Of a DNA stretch of 64,000 nt, positions 43,562-53,900 are shown piece after piece. The notes under the pieces were generated by a model. It saw nothing but the letters and a program-made list of their open reading frames with translations. It ran no database searches and was not told the DNA's origin. The first letter of the stretch is position 1. Every line of letters starts with the position of its first letter. Origin of the DNA: an uncultured Candidatus Saccharibacteria bacterium (GTDB taxonomy: Bacteria > Patescibacteriota > Saccharimonadia > Saccharimonadales > 2-12-FULL-41-12); NCBI GenBank assembly GCA_964404795.1, contig CAYOLI010000004.1, positions 29,985 through 93,984 of the forward strand. Reading direction: 5' to 3'. Made by a program: the position numbers and the translations under genes.

Positions 43562-44467
43562 TTGAAAAATAGAATAAAATTAGCATTGATATCGGTTAGT
43601 GTTGTTGCATCCATATTGATTTTAATTGCTTTAAGCTACGGTAAAAACTTTGCAGTATTAAATCCAGCAGGACACATTGCTGATCGTCAAATAAAGATAC
43701 TCATTTTCGCATCGTTGCTATCTTTAGTTGTACTAATTCCTGTCTTTACGCTAACAATTTACATCGTTTGGAAGTATAGGGCTACAAAAAAATCAGAACA
43801 TAAGCCGGACTGGGACAGTAATAAGTGGCTTGAATTCATTTGGTGGGGGATTCCCATTACTTTAATCGCAATTTTAGGTACGGTGACTTGGCGCACTAGT
43901 CACGAACTGGACCCAAGTAAGCCAATCGATTCGCAGAGCCAATCCATAACAATCCAAGTGGTAGCGCTAGAGTGGAAATGGCTTTTTATTTATCCTAATG
44001 ACAATATTGCAACAGTAAATTATTTGAAAATACCAAAAGATACACCAATCAACTTCGAAATTACCTCTGACTCGGCCATGAATTCATTCTGGATTCCAAA
44101 TCTGGGTGGTCAGATTTATGCTATGACCGGAATGTCATCCAAACTACATCTTGTTGCGAGCAAGCAAGGTTCTTATCCTGGTGTTTCAGCCAATATTAGT
44201 GGCGAAGGGTTTGCAGACATGAAGTTTCAAACAGACGTAACAAGTAACAATGACTACCAACAGTGGATCCAGCAAACAAAAAAATCACCAGAGGGCTTAA
44301 GTCAAATGGAGTACATCAAGTTAGCTAAACCAAGCAAAAATACATCACCAATATTTTACTCTAGTGTAGAGAATGATCTTTACCAAAACATAATCTCTAA
44401 ATATATGTCTAGTAACTTGGGGCGTGATTATTTACTAAGCTACGCTAGTAAGGGTCTAAGAGCGTGA
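43562..44467 (+). CDS. cyoA: Cytochrome bo3-type quinol oxidase subunit II
   Basis: Two N-terminal TMs. SAMNSFWIPNLGGQIYAMTGMSSKLHL...ANISGEGFADMKF parallels CyoA and lacks the CuA Cys/His ligands. Confidence 0.85.
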   Translation: MKNRIKLALISVSVVASILILIALSYGKNFAVLNPAGHIADRQIKILIFASLLSLVVLIPVFTLTIYIVWKYRATKKSEHKPDWDSNKWLEFIWWGIPITLIAILGTVTWRTSHELDPSKPIDSQSQSITIQVVALEWKWLFIYPNDNIATVNYLKIPKDTPINFEITSDSAMNSFWIPNLGGQIYAMTGMSSKLHLVASKQGSYPGVSANISGEGFADMKFQTDVTSNNDYQQWIQQTKKSPEGLSQMEYIKLAKPSKNTSPIFYSSVENDLYQNIISKYMSSNLGRDYLLSYASKGLRA

Positions 44468-46419
44468 ATATATTAGCAATGGCCCTAGACTTTAACCAAC
44501 TAGTCCTAAAAACGGGTCAGTTTGTTATCGTTGGTTCTATAATTTTGCTAATAATCGCCCTCAGTATTACAAATAAGTGGAAATGGCTATGGAAAGAATG
44601 GATTTGTACACTAGATCACAAACGCATCGGTATTATGTACTTGCTTGTTTCGACGATAATGTTAATTCGAGGAGTTGGCGATGCAGTTTTGATGAGATTA
44701 CAGCAGGCATTTGGCAGTGGGGAGTCCAGCGGACTCTTAAGTAGCGAACACTTTCAACAAATATTTACTGCACATGGCACTATCATGATTTTCTTTGTCG
44801 CAATGGGCTTAATGTTTGGGATTATAAATTTAGTTATGCCGCTTCAGATTGGCTCCAGAGAGGTGGCATTTCCATTCCTCAACGCTACCAGTTTTTGGCT
44901 ATTCGCCTCTGGCGCAGTGTTGATTAATTTATCTTTAGTCTTTGGGGCCGAATTTGCAGCTACTGGCTGGCTTGCATACCCACCGTTATCAGAAATTCAG
45001 TTCAGTCCTGGTCCTGGCGTCGATTATTGGATTTGGAGCGTACAGATTGCCGGTATCGGTAGCTTGCTCTCTGGCATCAATTTCCTGGTAACAATAATCA
45101 AAATGCGTGCTCCTGGTATGAGCATGATGAAATTACCAATGTTCAGTTGGAGCGTAGTTGGTAGCATGATGTTATTGCTTTTTTCTTTTCCCGTTCTAAC
45201 GGTAACTCTGGCTTTGCTCTCCCTGGACAGAACACTTGGTATGCACTTCTTTACCACAGATGCCGGAGGAAATGCCATGATGTATGTCAATCTTATTTGG
45301 GCCTGGGGGCATCCAGAAGTATATATCTTGGTTCTACCGGCCTTTGGTATATATTCCGAAATAGTAGCCACCTTCTCAAGAAAACGGTTATTTGGCTACC
45401 CATCGATGGTTGCTGCCATTATGGCTATTGCTGTTTTCTCCTATCTAGTATGGCTACATCACTTTTTTACTATGGGAGCGGGTGCAAATGTAAACGCATT
45501 TTTTGGAATCATGACAATGGTTATTGCCATCCCAACTGGTGTTAAGGTTTTCAACTGGCTGTTTACCATGTATAAAGGCAGTATTCGACTGACAAGTCAT
45601 ATGGTGTGGTTCCTGGGTTTTATTGGCACCTTTACCATCGGAGGCGTAACTGGAGTTCTACTTGCGGTACCGGCTATTGATTTTCAGGTACATAATAGTC
45701 TATTTTTGGTAGCTCACTTCCATAATATGATAATTGGGGGAGTAGTTTTTGGGTTCTTTGCAGGCCTTTCTTATTGGTGGCCAAAAATATTCGGATTCAA
45801 ACTTAATGAGAAACTGGGAAAGCTAGCTGCTTATCTATGGATTATTGGTTTTATAGTAGCTTTCTTACCCCTATATATACTAGGTTTTATGGGGGCAACT
45901 CGTCGTTTAGAGCACTATGATGCCTCCCTAGGTTGGCAGGGACTGTTTATAGTGGCAGGTATTGGTGCAGGCATTATTGTACTTGGTGTTGTTGTCCAGA
46001 TTGTGCAAGTTATCACCAGTATATTGCTCAGAAAGTACAACCAAGACACTACTGGAGATCCTTGGGACGGCAGAACCCTAGAGTGGTCTATTCCATCACC
46101 TACGCCAGTTTACAATTTTGCGCGTATACCAATAGTAACGACTAAAGACGCGTTTTATGAACAAAAGAAGCAAAAGTATATTGACGACAGACCTTACGAG
46201 AGCATACGGCTGCCAAAACCGAGTCCGTTTGCATTCTACATTGGGGTCTTCTCGTGCTTGGTTGGGTTCTCGGTTATCTGGGATGCTCCAGAAGCTTTAC
46301 TAGTGTCTGTGGTTGGTATTATATTATCGATTCTACTCCGCTCTTCGGACCTAAAACCAGAGTACGTACTGTCCGCAGATAGAGTCAAGAAAATGGACGA
46401 GGAAACACTGGTAATTTAA
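44464..46419 (+). CDS. cyoB: Cytochrome bo3-type quinol oxidase subunit I
   Basis: Heme-copper oxidase motifs: FTAHGTIMIFF, WAWGHPEVYIL, HHFFTMG, VAHFHN. 651 aa. Confidence 0.92.
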   Translation: MNILAMALDFNQLVLKTGQFVIVGSIILLIIALSITNKWKWLWKEWICTLDHKRIGIMYLLVSTIMLIRGVGDAVLMRLQQAFGSGESSGLLSSEHFQQIFTAHGTIMIFFVAMGLMFGIINLVMPLQIGSREVAFPFLNATSFWLFASGAVLINLSLVFGAEFAATGWLAYPPLSEIQFSPGPGVDYWIWSVQIAGIGSLLSGINFLVTIIKMRAPGMSMMKLPMFSWSVVGSMMLLLFSFPVLTVTLALLSLDRTLGMHFFTTDAGGNAMMYVNLIWAWGHPEVYILVLPAFGIYSEIVATFSRKRLFGYPSMVAAIMAIAVFSYLVWLHHFFTMGAGANVNAFFGIMTMVIAIPTGVKVFNWLFTMYKGSIRLTSHMVWFLGFIGTFTIGGVTGVLLAVPAIDFQVHNSLFLVAHFHNMIIGGVVFGFFAGLSYWWPKIFGFKLNEKLGKLAAYLWIIGFIVAFLPLYILGFMGATRRLEHYDASLGWQGLFIVAGIGAGIIVLGVVVQIVQVITSILLRKYNQDTTGDPWDGRTLEWSIPSPTPVYNFARIPIVTTKDAFYEQKKQKYIDDRPYESIRLPKPSPFAFYIGVFSCLVGFSVIWDAPEALLVSVVGIILSILLRSSDLKPEYVLSADRVKKMDEETLVI

Positions 46420-47010
46420 ATGGCTACAGGAGAACTAATCAAACAATCTTCCCACGACAACTCCAAAACCTCTTTGGGTTTTTGGATTTACTTGATGACG
46501 GACTGCATTCTATTTGCATGCCTCTTTGCAACATATGCTGTCCTAAGAAACTCAACAGCAAACGGTCCAGATGGAAAAGAGATTTTTGACTTAAGATTCT
46601 CCTTCATCGAAACTATGATTCTACTTACTAGTAGTTTTGCCACTGGCTTAGCAATTTTGTCTACAAGTTCTCGTTTAAAAAAACACCTATTTGTATGGCT
46701 AGGAGTTACATTCTTACTTGGTATTTCCTTTTTGACAATGGAGATAAACGAATTCGCGCATTTAGCCAATCAGGGCTTTGGCTGGCAAAAAAGCGCATTT
46801 TTGTCATCTTATTACGCATTGGTGGGGACACATGGGCTACATATTACTGCAGGATTGATCTGGCTAGTGTTCTTGATGTTTCAAATTTACTCACAAGGCC
46901 TTAACCGGCTTACTATACGACGACTAGCATTATTTGGGCTATTTTGGCATTTTCTCGACATTATCTGGATTTTTATTTTTACTTTAGTATATCTAAGAGG
47001 GGTCATTTAG
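46420..47010 (+). CDS. cyoC: Cytochrome bo3-type quinol oxidase subunit III
   Basis: 5-TM protein with ...YYALVGTHGLHITAGLIW... and FWHFLDIIWIFIF. Confidence 0.85.
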   Translation: MATGELIKQSSHDNSKTSLGFWIYLMTDCILFACLFATYAVLRNSTANGPDGKEIFDLRFSFIETMILLTSSFATGLAILSTSSRLKKHLFVWLGVTFLLGISFLTMEINEFAHLANQGFGWQKSAFLSSYYALVGTHGLHITAGLIWLVFLMFQIYSQGLNRLTIRRLALFGLFWHFLDIIWIFIFTLVYLRGVI

Positions 47011-47400
47011 ATGAACCGAGCAGTACCTACAAAGAAATCATACCTAATCGGTTATATATCATCTATTGTACTAACCATTGCAGCATTTGTAGCTACTGCG
47101 AATAATGCAGGCAAAGAGGCAGCTATTATCAATAAAAATAACCTTATTATTTGTATTAGTTTATTAGCTATTACACAACTATTTGTACATCTAATATTTT
47201 TTCTGCATTTAGGAAAAGAATCTAGACCAAAATGGAATTTAATGGCATTTTTATTAGCGGGATTTATTATAGTTGTTCTGGTTGGAGGCACGCTTTGGAT
47301 TATGCAAAATCTTGAGTATAGTCATGTTCCTTCAAAGTCTCCCGAACAAATGGAAAACTACATGCTAAACGACGAAGCGGTAAAGCCGATCCAACATTAA
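47011..47400 (+). CDS. cyoD: Cytochrome bo3-type quinol oxidase subunit IV
   Basis: Small 3-TM protein directly after cyoC. YLIGYISSIVLTIAAF and QLFVHLIFFLHL motifs. Confidence 0.75.
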   Translation: MNRAVPTKKSYLIGYISSIVLTIAAFVATANNAGKEAAIINKNNLIICISLLAITQLFVHLIFFLHLGKESRPKWNLMAFLLAGFIIVVLVGGTLWIMQNLEYSHVPSKSPEQMENYMLNDEAVKPIQH

Positions 47401-48242
47401 TGCATCGTTATATCCATGTCTTAAAACCAGGAATTGTTCTTAGTAATACAATAGCTGCTATTGGTGGATACTTATTCGCAGGCAGAATATACTACGAAGC
47501 AACGACATTAATCGGAATAACTATTGGTACTTTGCTTGTCGTTTCTTCAGGGTGTGTTGCAAATAACTACCTCGATCGTAAGATTGATGCCAAGATGAGT
47601 CGCACTAAAGGTAGAGAATTGGTAGTCGGGTCAATTAAACCACTCGATGCCCTCGTGTACGCTAGTTTTCTTTGGGTAATCGGAATCACTGCACTTGGAG
47701 TAATTACCAACAACTTGACTACTTTGCTCGGGATAACAGGGTTTTTTGGTTATGTGTTCGTGTATGGCTATACTAAAAGAAAAACCTATCTAGGTACAGC
47801 AGTGGGCACCGTGCCTGGCTCTGTATCGATAGTAGCCGGCTATTGTGCCGCAACAAACTCATTAGACGTAACTGCAATGATGTTATTTTTTGTAATGGCA
47901 TTTTGGCAGATGGTTCATTTTTATGCTATTGCCATATTCAGAAAGAACGACTACTCGCGAGCCAATATCCCAGTTATATCGGTGGTAAAGGGGAGTAAAA
48001 CTACAATAGATCACATCAAAATTTATACCTGGTTTTACGTTCTTAGTATTATTCTACTTAAAACACTCACTCATTTAAGCACGATTGCTTTTGTATTGTT
48101 GCTACTTCTTTCCGCTTGGTGGCTAAAAACAACGATTACCGATTCGAAAAAGGATTATTTTGCAAGAAAGATATTTAACCAATCAATTTTAGTGCTCTTA
48201 GTATTTTCTGCAATTATAGCTTTCGACGGTATCTTGCGGTGA
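47400..48242 (+). CDS. cyoE: Heme O synthase (protoheme IX farnesyltransferase)
   Basis: UbiA-family motif NNYLDRKIDAKMSRT, multiple TMs, and its position after cyoD. Confidence 0.85.
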   Translation: MHRYIHVLKPGIVLSNTIAAIGGYLFAGRIYYEATTLIGITIGTLLVVSSGCVANNYLDRKIDAKMSRTKGRELVVGSIKPLDALVYASFLWVIGITALGVITNNLTTLLGITGFFGYVFVYGYTKRKTYLGTAVGTVPGSVSIVAGYCAATNSLDVTAMMLFFVMAFWQMVHFYAIAIFRKNDYSRANIPVISVVKGSKTTIDHIKIYTWFYVLSIILLKTLTHLSTIAFVLLLLLSAWWLKTTITDSKKDYFARKIFNQSILVLLVFSAIIAFDGILR

Positions 48243-48299
48243 TTGTGTAGATTATTGCTAATTGACACTTTTAATCAGCTTGTGCTTGAATAAAGCATA

Positions 48300-48845
48300 A
48301 TGGCTAAAATAAATACTCTATCCAAACGGCTACAAAAAGTTACATTAATTCATTTTATGTTTGTTGGTTTGCTGATTGCACAGATCATTATTTACGACGC
48401 ATCAAAATTAATACCTCCCGAGATTGTACTTAAAAGATGGATTATGATGGCAATCCTTTTAGTATGTACGGCAATTATTTGGTATCTTGCAAAAAATAAA
48501 AGCACCTCTTTAAACCAAGATAGAGCATTAGTGTTTTTATTGGTAACAATCGACATTGTTCTGGTATCATATTTGGTTTATATATCCCGTGGAATGGCCA
48601 GTCGAGGAGTTGCTCTGTATGCCATACCGATTTTGGTATCGGCTATATTATTAAAAAAATCGGCTGTTTATTTTACAACTGTACTTTGCATCGCATCATA
48701 CACAACAGCAGCTATCAGCTATTTTGTACTAAATTTTAATGAAGGTTACAAAATTGAACTTTATGGGGAAGTCGGTTTTTACTCTATCGCGATGTTATTG
48801 GTTGCTGGGCTCATTACCGTCTTTTTGCCCACAAAAGAAACATAA
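48300..48845 (+). CDS. Hypothetical membrane protein (about 5-6 TM)
   Basis: 181-aa hydrophobic ORF with no motif. Confidence 0.5.
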   Translation: MAKINTLSKRLQKVTLIHFMFVGLLIAQIIIYDASKLIPPEIVLKRWIMMAILLVCTAIIWYLAKNKSTSLNQDRALVFLLVTIDIVLVSYLVYISRGMASRGVALYAIPILVSAILLKKSAVYFTTVLCIASYTTAAISYFVLNFNEGYKIELYGEVGFYSIAMLLVAGLITVFLPTKET

Positions 48846-48865
48846 AAAATCATAAGTATAGACGT

Positions 48866-48894
48866 TTGACGAAGCCCAGTAACCTACCTATAGT
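48866..48894 (+). promoter_or_regulatory. Sigma-70-like promoter TTGACG-17-TATAGT, 8 nt before the trehalase ATG
   Basis: TTGACG 48866..48871, exact 17-nt spacer, TATAGT 48889..48894, ATG 48903, no SD. Confidence 0.6.
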
Positions 48895-48902
48895 ATTTGT
48901 AG

Positions 48903-50246
48903 ATGACGCAAACAAAAAAATATGCAGATATTGACATAAATGATTCATTGATTGAGCAAGCTCTTAATTATATAGACAATCGTTGGGAAAGTTTTGAACG
49001 CTACGAACCGGACGATCAAGGCACATTGATTGGCCTGCCATATCCATACATAGTACCCAGTGTAAAAAGCGGGTCGGGCTTTATGTTCAACGAGATGTAT
49101 TATTGGGATAGCTATTTTATTGCCCAAGCATTGATGCTTTCTGGCAAGGTTGAGCTTGCAGACGCAATGCTTGGAAACCTGCTATATTTAGCAAAGCGTT
49201 TTGGCATTATTCCAAACGCAAATCGCCTCTATTTTACCGGTAGGTCGCAACCGCCATTGCTCAGTAGCTATATCCTCGATGTTTTCGAACATACAAAAGA
49301 TTCAATTTGGCTTAAGGAAAGCATGCAAATAGCCGAAAAAGAATATGAGACCGTTTGGACATCATATGAGCAGCCTAACTGGCGGAATGTATTTAACGGA
49401 CTGAGTCGCTATTACGACATCAATCTAATAGATGGCTTGGCCGAAGCCGAGAGTGGGTGGGATATGACGACGCGCTTTAAAGATCAATGTTTATCTTATG
49501 TCCCGATAGACCTAAATTGCTTGTTATATAAATACGAGATGGATTTTGCAAAAGTAGCAGAACTACAAGAGGACAACAGAGCTGCAAATATTTGGCAAAA
49601 AAGAGCATCCGAAAGAGCGCAAAATATTAATCGTTATTTATGGGATCCAGAAAAATTATTCTTTTTCGACTACAACTATAAACAAGAAAAGTTATCTACT
49701 GTTTGGTCATTAGCCGCTTATTATTCGTTATGGTCAGGACTTGCCAGCGCCGAACAAGCATCTCATTTGGCCAGCCATCTCAGCAAATTTATGGAGACCG
49801 GTGGTCTAGCCACAACCACTAAAAAGGGGATTATCACCAAATCAGAGCATAATCATCAGTGGGCTTATCCTAATGGCTGGGCTCCTTTGCATTGGTTTAC
49901 AGTAAAAGGTTTAGAAAAATACGGTTATCACGAATTAGCTGAAACAATCGCAAAAAAATGGTTAGAGACAAATTACAAATACTTCGAACGCCACGGGGTA
50001 TTTAGAGAGGCATACAAGGTTACAGATCCTAACGAGCCACCAGACGAAGGTCTCTATCCGCCACAAATCGGTTTTGGCTGGACTAATGCTGTTTTTGTAG
50101 ATTTTGCAATCAACTACACTTCGATAGGTAAAAAATGGCAAGAACAGTTAATCGGCGAACCCCTATTTCTGAAACGATTTGCCACCAACCTCAAAAAAAT
50201 CCTAACTGATCGCAAGCTTAAAATTCCGTATAACTTAGACAAATAG
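48903..50246 (+). CDS. treA: GH37 trehalase (cytoplasmic form, no signal peptide)
   Basis: GRSQPPLLS, ESGWDMTTRF, YPNGWAPLHW, and GFGWTNAVF are the GH37 signature blocks. Confidence 0.85.
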   Translation: MTQTKKYADIDINDSLIEQALNYIDNRWESFERYEPDDQGTLIGLPYPYIVPSVKSGSGFMFNEMYYWDSYFIAQALMLSGKVELADAMLGNLLYLAKRFGIIPNANRLYFTGRSQPPLLSSYILDVFEHTKDSIWLKESMQIAEKEYETVWTSYEQPNWRNVFNGLSRYYDINLIDGLAEAESGWDMTTRFKDQCLSYVPIDLNCLLYKYEMDFAKVAELQEDNRAANIWQKRASERAQNINRYLWDPEKLFFFDYNYKQEKLSTVWSLAAYYSLWSGLASAEQASHLASHLSKFMETGGLATTTKKGIITKSEHNHQWAYPNGWAPLHWFTVKGLEKYGYHELAETIAKKWLETNYKYFERHGVFREAYKVTDPNEPPDEGLYPPQIGFGWTNAVFVDFAINYTSIGKKWQEQLIGEPLFLKRFATNLKKILTDRKLKIPYNLDK

Positions 50247-50250
50247 TATG

Positions 50251-50793
50251 TTATGTTGATTTTGGTTCTGACTTTTGGGTTTTCTTAGATCCGTTATAGT
50301 AAGTTTTTACTTGTGCTAAGATGTATAACCCAATTACCAAACCAATTACACTAAATACAAAGTTACCTAGTGATCCGTAATCTGTAAGAGCTGAAAAAAC
50401 TCCATAAACGAAACTAAGCAGTACACTCAGTAAAACAATATTCCAACCCTTAGCTTTGCTTTTTGCCTTGAGGCCTGCAATTGCGTAAAGCGCTAACAAT
50501 GATTGGATTAATAGTACTATTAGTGCAATGTAGAATAATATTCCTAAATGTCTTGTTTTAACTGGCTCTGCACCATACGCTCGCAACCACTCGTTAGTCG
50601 CATCCATATAGGTATTAACAGTATGTGCTGCTCGCCATAAACTAAGTGATCCAAGTAAACCGATAATACCACCGATAAGCGATAACCACGGAGCCCAAGC
50701 TACAAGCCATTTTCTAGCTCCTTCTGGTAATTGAAATGGTGCTTTCTTGACAAGATATTCATCCATTACATTTTCTAGTTGTTTTTGGTTCAT
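50251..50793 (-). CDS. Hypothetical membrane protein (4 TM)
   Basis: YLVKKAPFQLPEGARKWLVAWAPWLSLIGG N-terminus, typical of a widespread uncharacterised small membrane family. Confidence 0.5.
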   Translation of the reverse strand: MNQKQLENVMDEYLVKKAPFQLPEGARKWLVAWAPWLSLIGGIIGLLGSLSLWRAAHTVNTYMDATNEWLRAYGAEPVKTRHLGILFYIALIVLLIQSLLALYAIAGLKAKSKAKGWNIVLLSVLLSFVYGVFSALTDYGSLGNFVFSVIGLVIGLYILAQVKTYYNGSKKTQKSEPKST

Positions 50794-50900
50794 TTTAAAG
50801 ACCCCTCCATTAGTTCTAACGATAATATACGACTACTCCCGAATTATTGCAACAATATTTGGCTTAATACTATATAGTCGTTATAAAATAGACGTCAGCG

Positions 50901-53900
50901 ATGGATAAATACGAGAGAGAATACGAAAAGCTCAACGTCGAACAAAAACGAGCTGTTGACGCTATAGATGGGCCTGTACTGGTCATTGCGGGCCCAGGCA
51001 CAGGAAAAACACAACTGCTAAGTATGCGAGTTGCCAATATTTTAAGGACAACTGACACAGACGCTCAAAATATTTTATGTCTCACTTTCACCAATAAAGC
51101 AGCTAAAAATATGAAAGATCGTCTAATAACTTTAATTGGTAGTGAGGCCCGGTTTGTGCATGTTAAAACATTTCACAGTTTTGCAGCCGAAATAATGAAT
51201 TCATATCCAGAATATTTTTGGAATGGAGCAACATTAACAAATGTACCAGAAACGGCACAAATAGAAATTATTGAAAGCATCTTAAAAAAATTACCACACG
51301 ATAATCCGTTGGCTTTAAAGTTTGCAGGATCATTCACAACTAGTAACAGCGTTTTAAAATCCATTGGTCTTGCCAAAGAGGCAGGACTTACTCCTCAGAA
51401 ACTCGAAGCATTAATAGCAGCCAATTTATCGTACATAAAATTAATCGAGCAAGAACTGGTTAACATTTTAAGCGAGACAATAAGCAACAAACGTTTGTTG
51501 CAACTAAAATCAAAAATCAACGGTTTGCCCAACCAAAAAATCGACAGTCAAATAAGCCCACTAGTTTCGTTAAAAACCAAAATCGTGGCAAGTTTAGTGC
51601 AAGCAATTTCGTTGGATGAAAATACAAATAAAGCTACCAATACTAGCAAATGGAAAAATCAGTGGGTGCAAAACGTGGCAGGGGAACGGGGTATGCATAA
51701 AGAGATTAAGCGCAATAACTGGTGGCTAGAGCTTGCCAAAGTTTATAGCGCTTACCGTGACAATCTACATCTAAGAGGATTCTATGATTACTCTGATATG
51801 TTGATCGAGGTTATCTCACAACTTGAGCAAAATCCAGAACTTCTCGCAGATGTTCAAGAAAATTTTTTATATTTGCTAATCGATGAATTTCAGGACAGCA
51901 ACGCCGCCCAGCTCAGGTTGGCTCACTTAGTAGCTAATAGTCAAAGTGCGAACGGCATGCCTAACATTATGGCGGTAGGTGATGATGACCAATCAATTTT
52001 TGCATTTAACGGTGCGGAGCTCAAAAACATGTACTTCTTTGAAAGGACCTATAAAGGTGTCAAAGAAATAGTGTTAACTAGTAATTACAGATCGAACCAG
52101 GCAGTGATTGACGCTTCTGAAGCAATTATCAAAAATGCTAAAGACCGTTTATCTAACCAAAAAAAATCCTTAAATAAAAAATTAATCTCGGAAAAAGAAA
52201 AAAGAAAGGGAGAAATTATTCACTATATTTACCCCACCAAAGAGCATCAAACAACCGAAGTTGTCGAACTTATCGCTAATAAATGGCAAAGTAATAATCT
52301 GCGCTCCAAAAAGGATACGATTGCCGTTTTAGCTCGCAATCATGACACTTTAATAAGATTATCAGCTGAACTCCTCCAAAAAGGTGTACCGATAAATTAC
52401 GAGAAACAATCAAATATTTTTGATAGCGAAGTAGTCCAGCAAATAATCTTATTTTCAAAAATTATCGTTGGTATAACCCAAGGTAACAGAGAAAATGTAA
52501 ACTCATCCCTAGTATCGACTTTGCAACATCCTATGTGGGGCATAGATCCAATCCCGCTTTGGCAGCTAGCGATAAAAAAACCACACGACTGGCTGAGTGA
52601 AATGGCTTCGAGCAATCAAATTCTTTTCAAACAAATTGCCAAGTACTTTTTCGATGTTGCATCAATTGCCGAGCGTAGTCCACTGTCTTTAATAATGGAA
52701 TACATCATCGGTCTTCGTCCTATTGCCGACTTTCCAAGCCCTATAAAGAAACACTTTGCACAAAAAGAAGCGGTTAGTCACAATTATCTGACTGGACTCA
52801 GCGCAATTCAACTCGTTCGACAACTAGTAAAAGAGTTCACTATATCTGTTCGTCCTCGATTAAAAGATTTCGTTTCATTTATCGAAATCAATGAACTAAA
52901 TAAAAAAATGATAACAGACGAATCTCCTTTTGTGACTGATAATGACGCCGTCAATTTGTATACAGTGCATAAAGCTAAGGGGCTAGAATTTGATACAGTA
53001 TTCATTGTCGATGCTATAGATGATAATTGGAAACCAAAACCAAGTCGGTTCAAACCACCAGCCAATCTACCTTTGCAACCACCACTTGAAACAGATGACG
53101 ATTACGCACGGTTACTGTATGTAGCCACAAGCCGTGCTAAGCACTCAATAATTGTTACAAGCTATGAATTGAATAGTTCCAACTCCGAGGTATCACCAAC
53201 ACCGTTGTTGCATGGTGCAATGGAGCAATGCAAAATTTTAAATTTTTCAAAAGATGAAAATATTCAAGCATTAGAAAATGCAATAAAATGGCCGAGGTTA
53301 TCTATTGATAAAGAAAAAGCGTTGCTAGCACCACGTCTGACTACCTTTTCTATTAACGTTTCTAATTTAATCAATTTTCTAGACGTCAGTAGGGGTGGGC
53401 CTTCTCTTTTTTTAAGAAGAAATTTGCTTCAACTGCCAGAAGCTAAATCTACAATATTTGCCAATGGCACTGCAATGCATAGATCCCTTGAGCTTGCGCA
53501 AAAATTAATAAACAGTGAAAAATTTGAAATATCACCAGTTATAGAAGAGTTCAAAAATCGACTCAAAGAAGAAGGGCTTCCAGATTACGAGGAGAAACAA
53601 TTAATTGATAGGGGGGTAACAGCACTAACTAATTTTTTCAGTATTTATCAATTGCCTAAAGGGTCTAAGCCAGAGCAACGATTGAAAGAAGTCGTGCTAA
53701 CTAACGCAACTATAGATGGTAAATTAGACCGTATTGACATCTTAAATAAAGATTCGTTAAATATTGTCGACTATAAAACAGGCACTCCACTAAGTAGTTT
53801 TCAGACTACCAACAAATCTTTAACAGTAAAAGCTTGGCGACAAAAAACCCAATTAATATTTTATTCTCTGCTAGCACAAAACCATCCTAGATTTAGCAAA

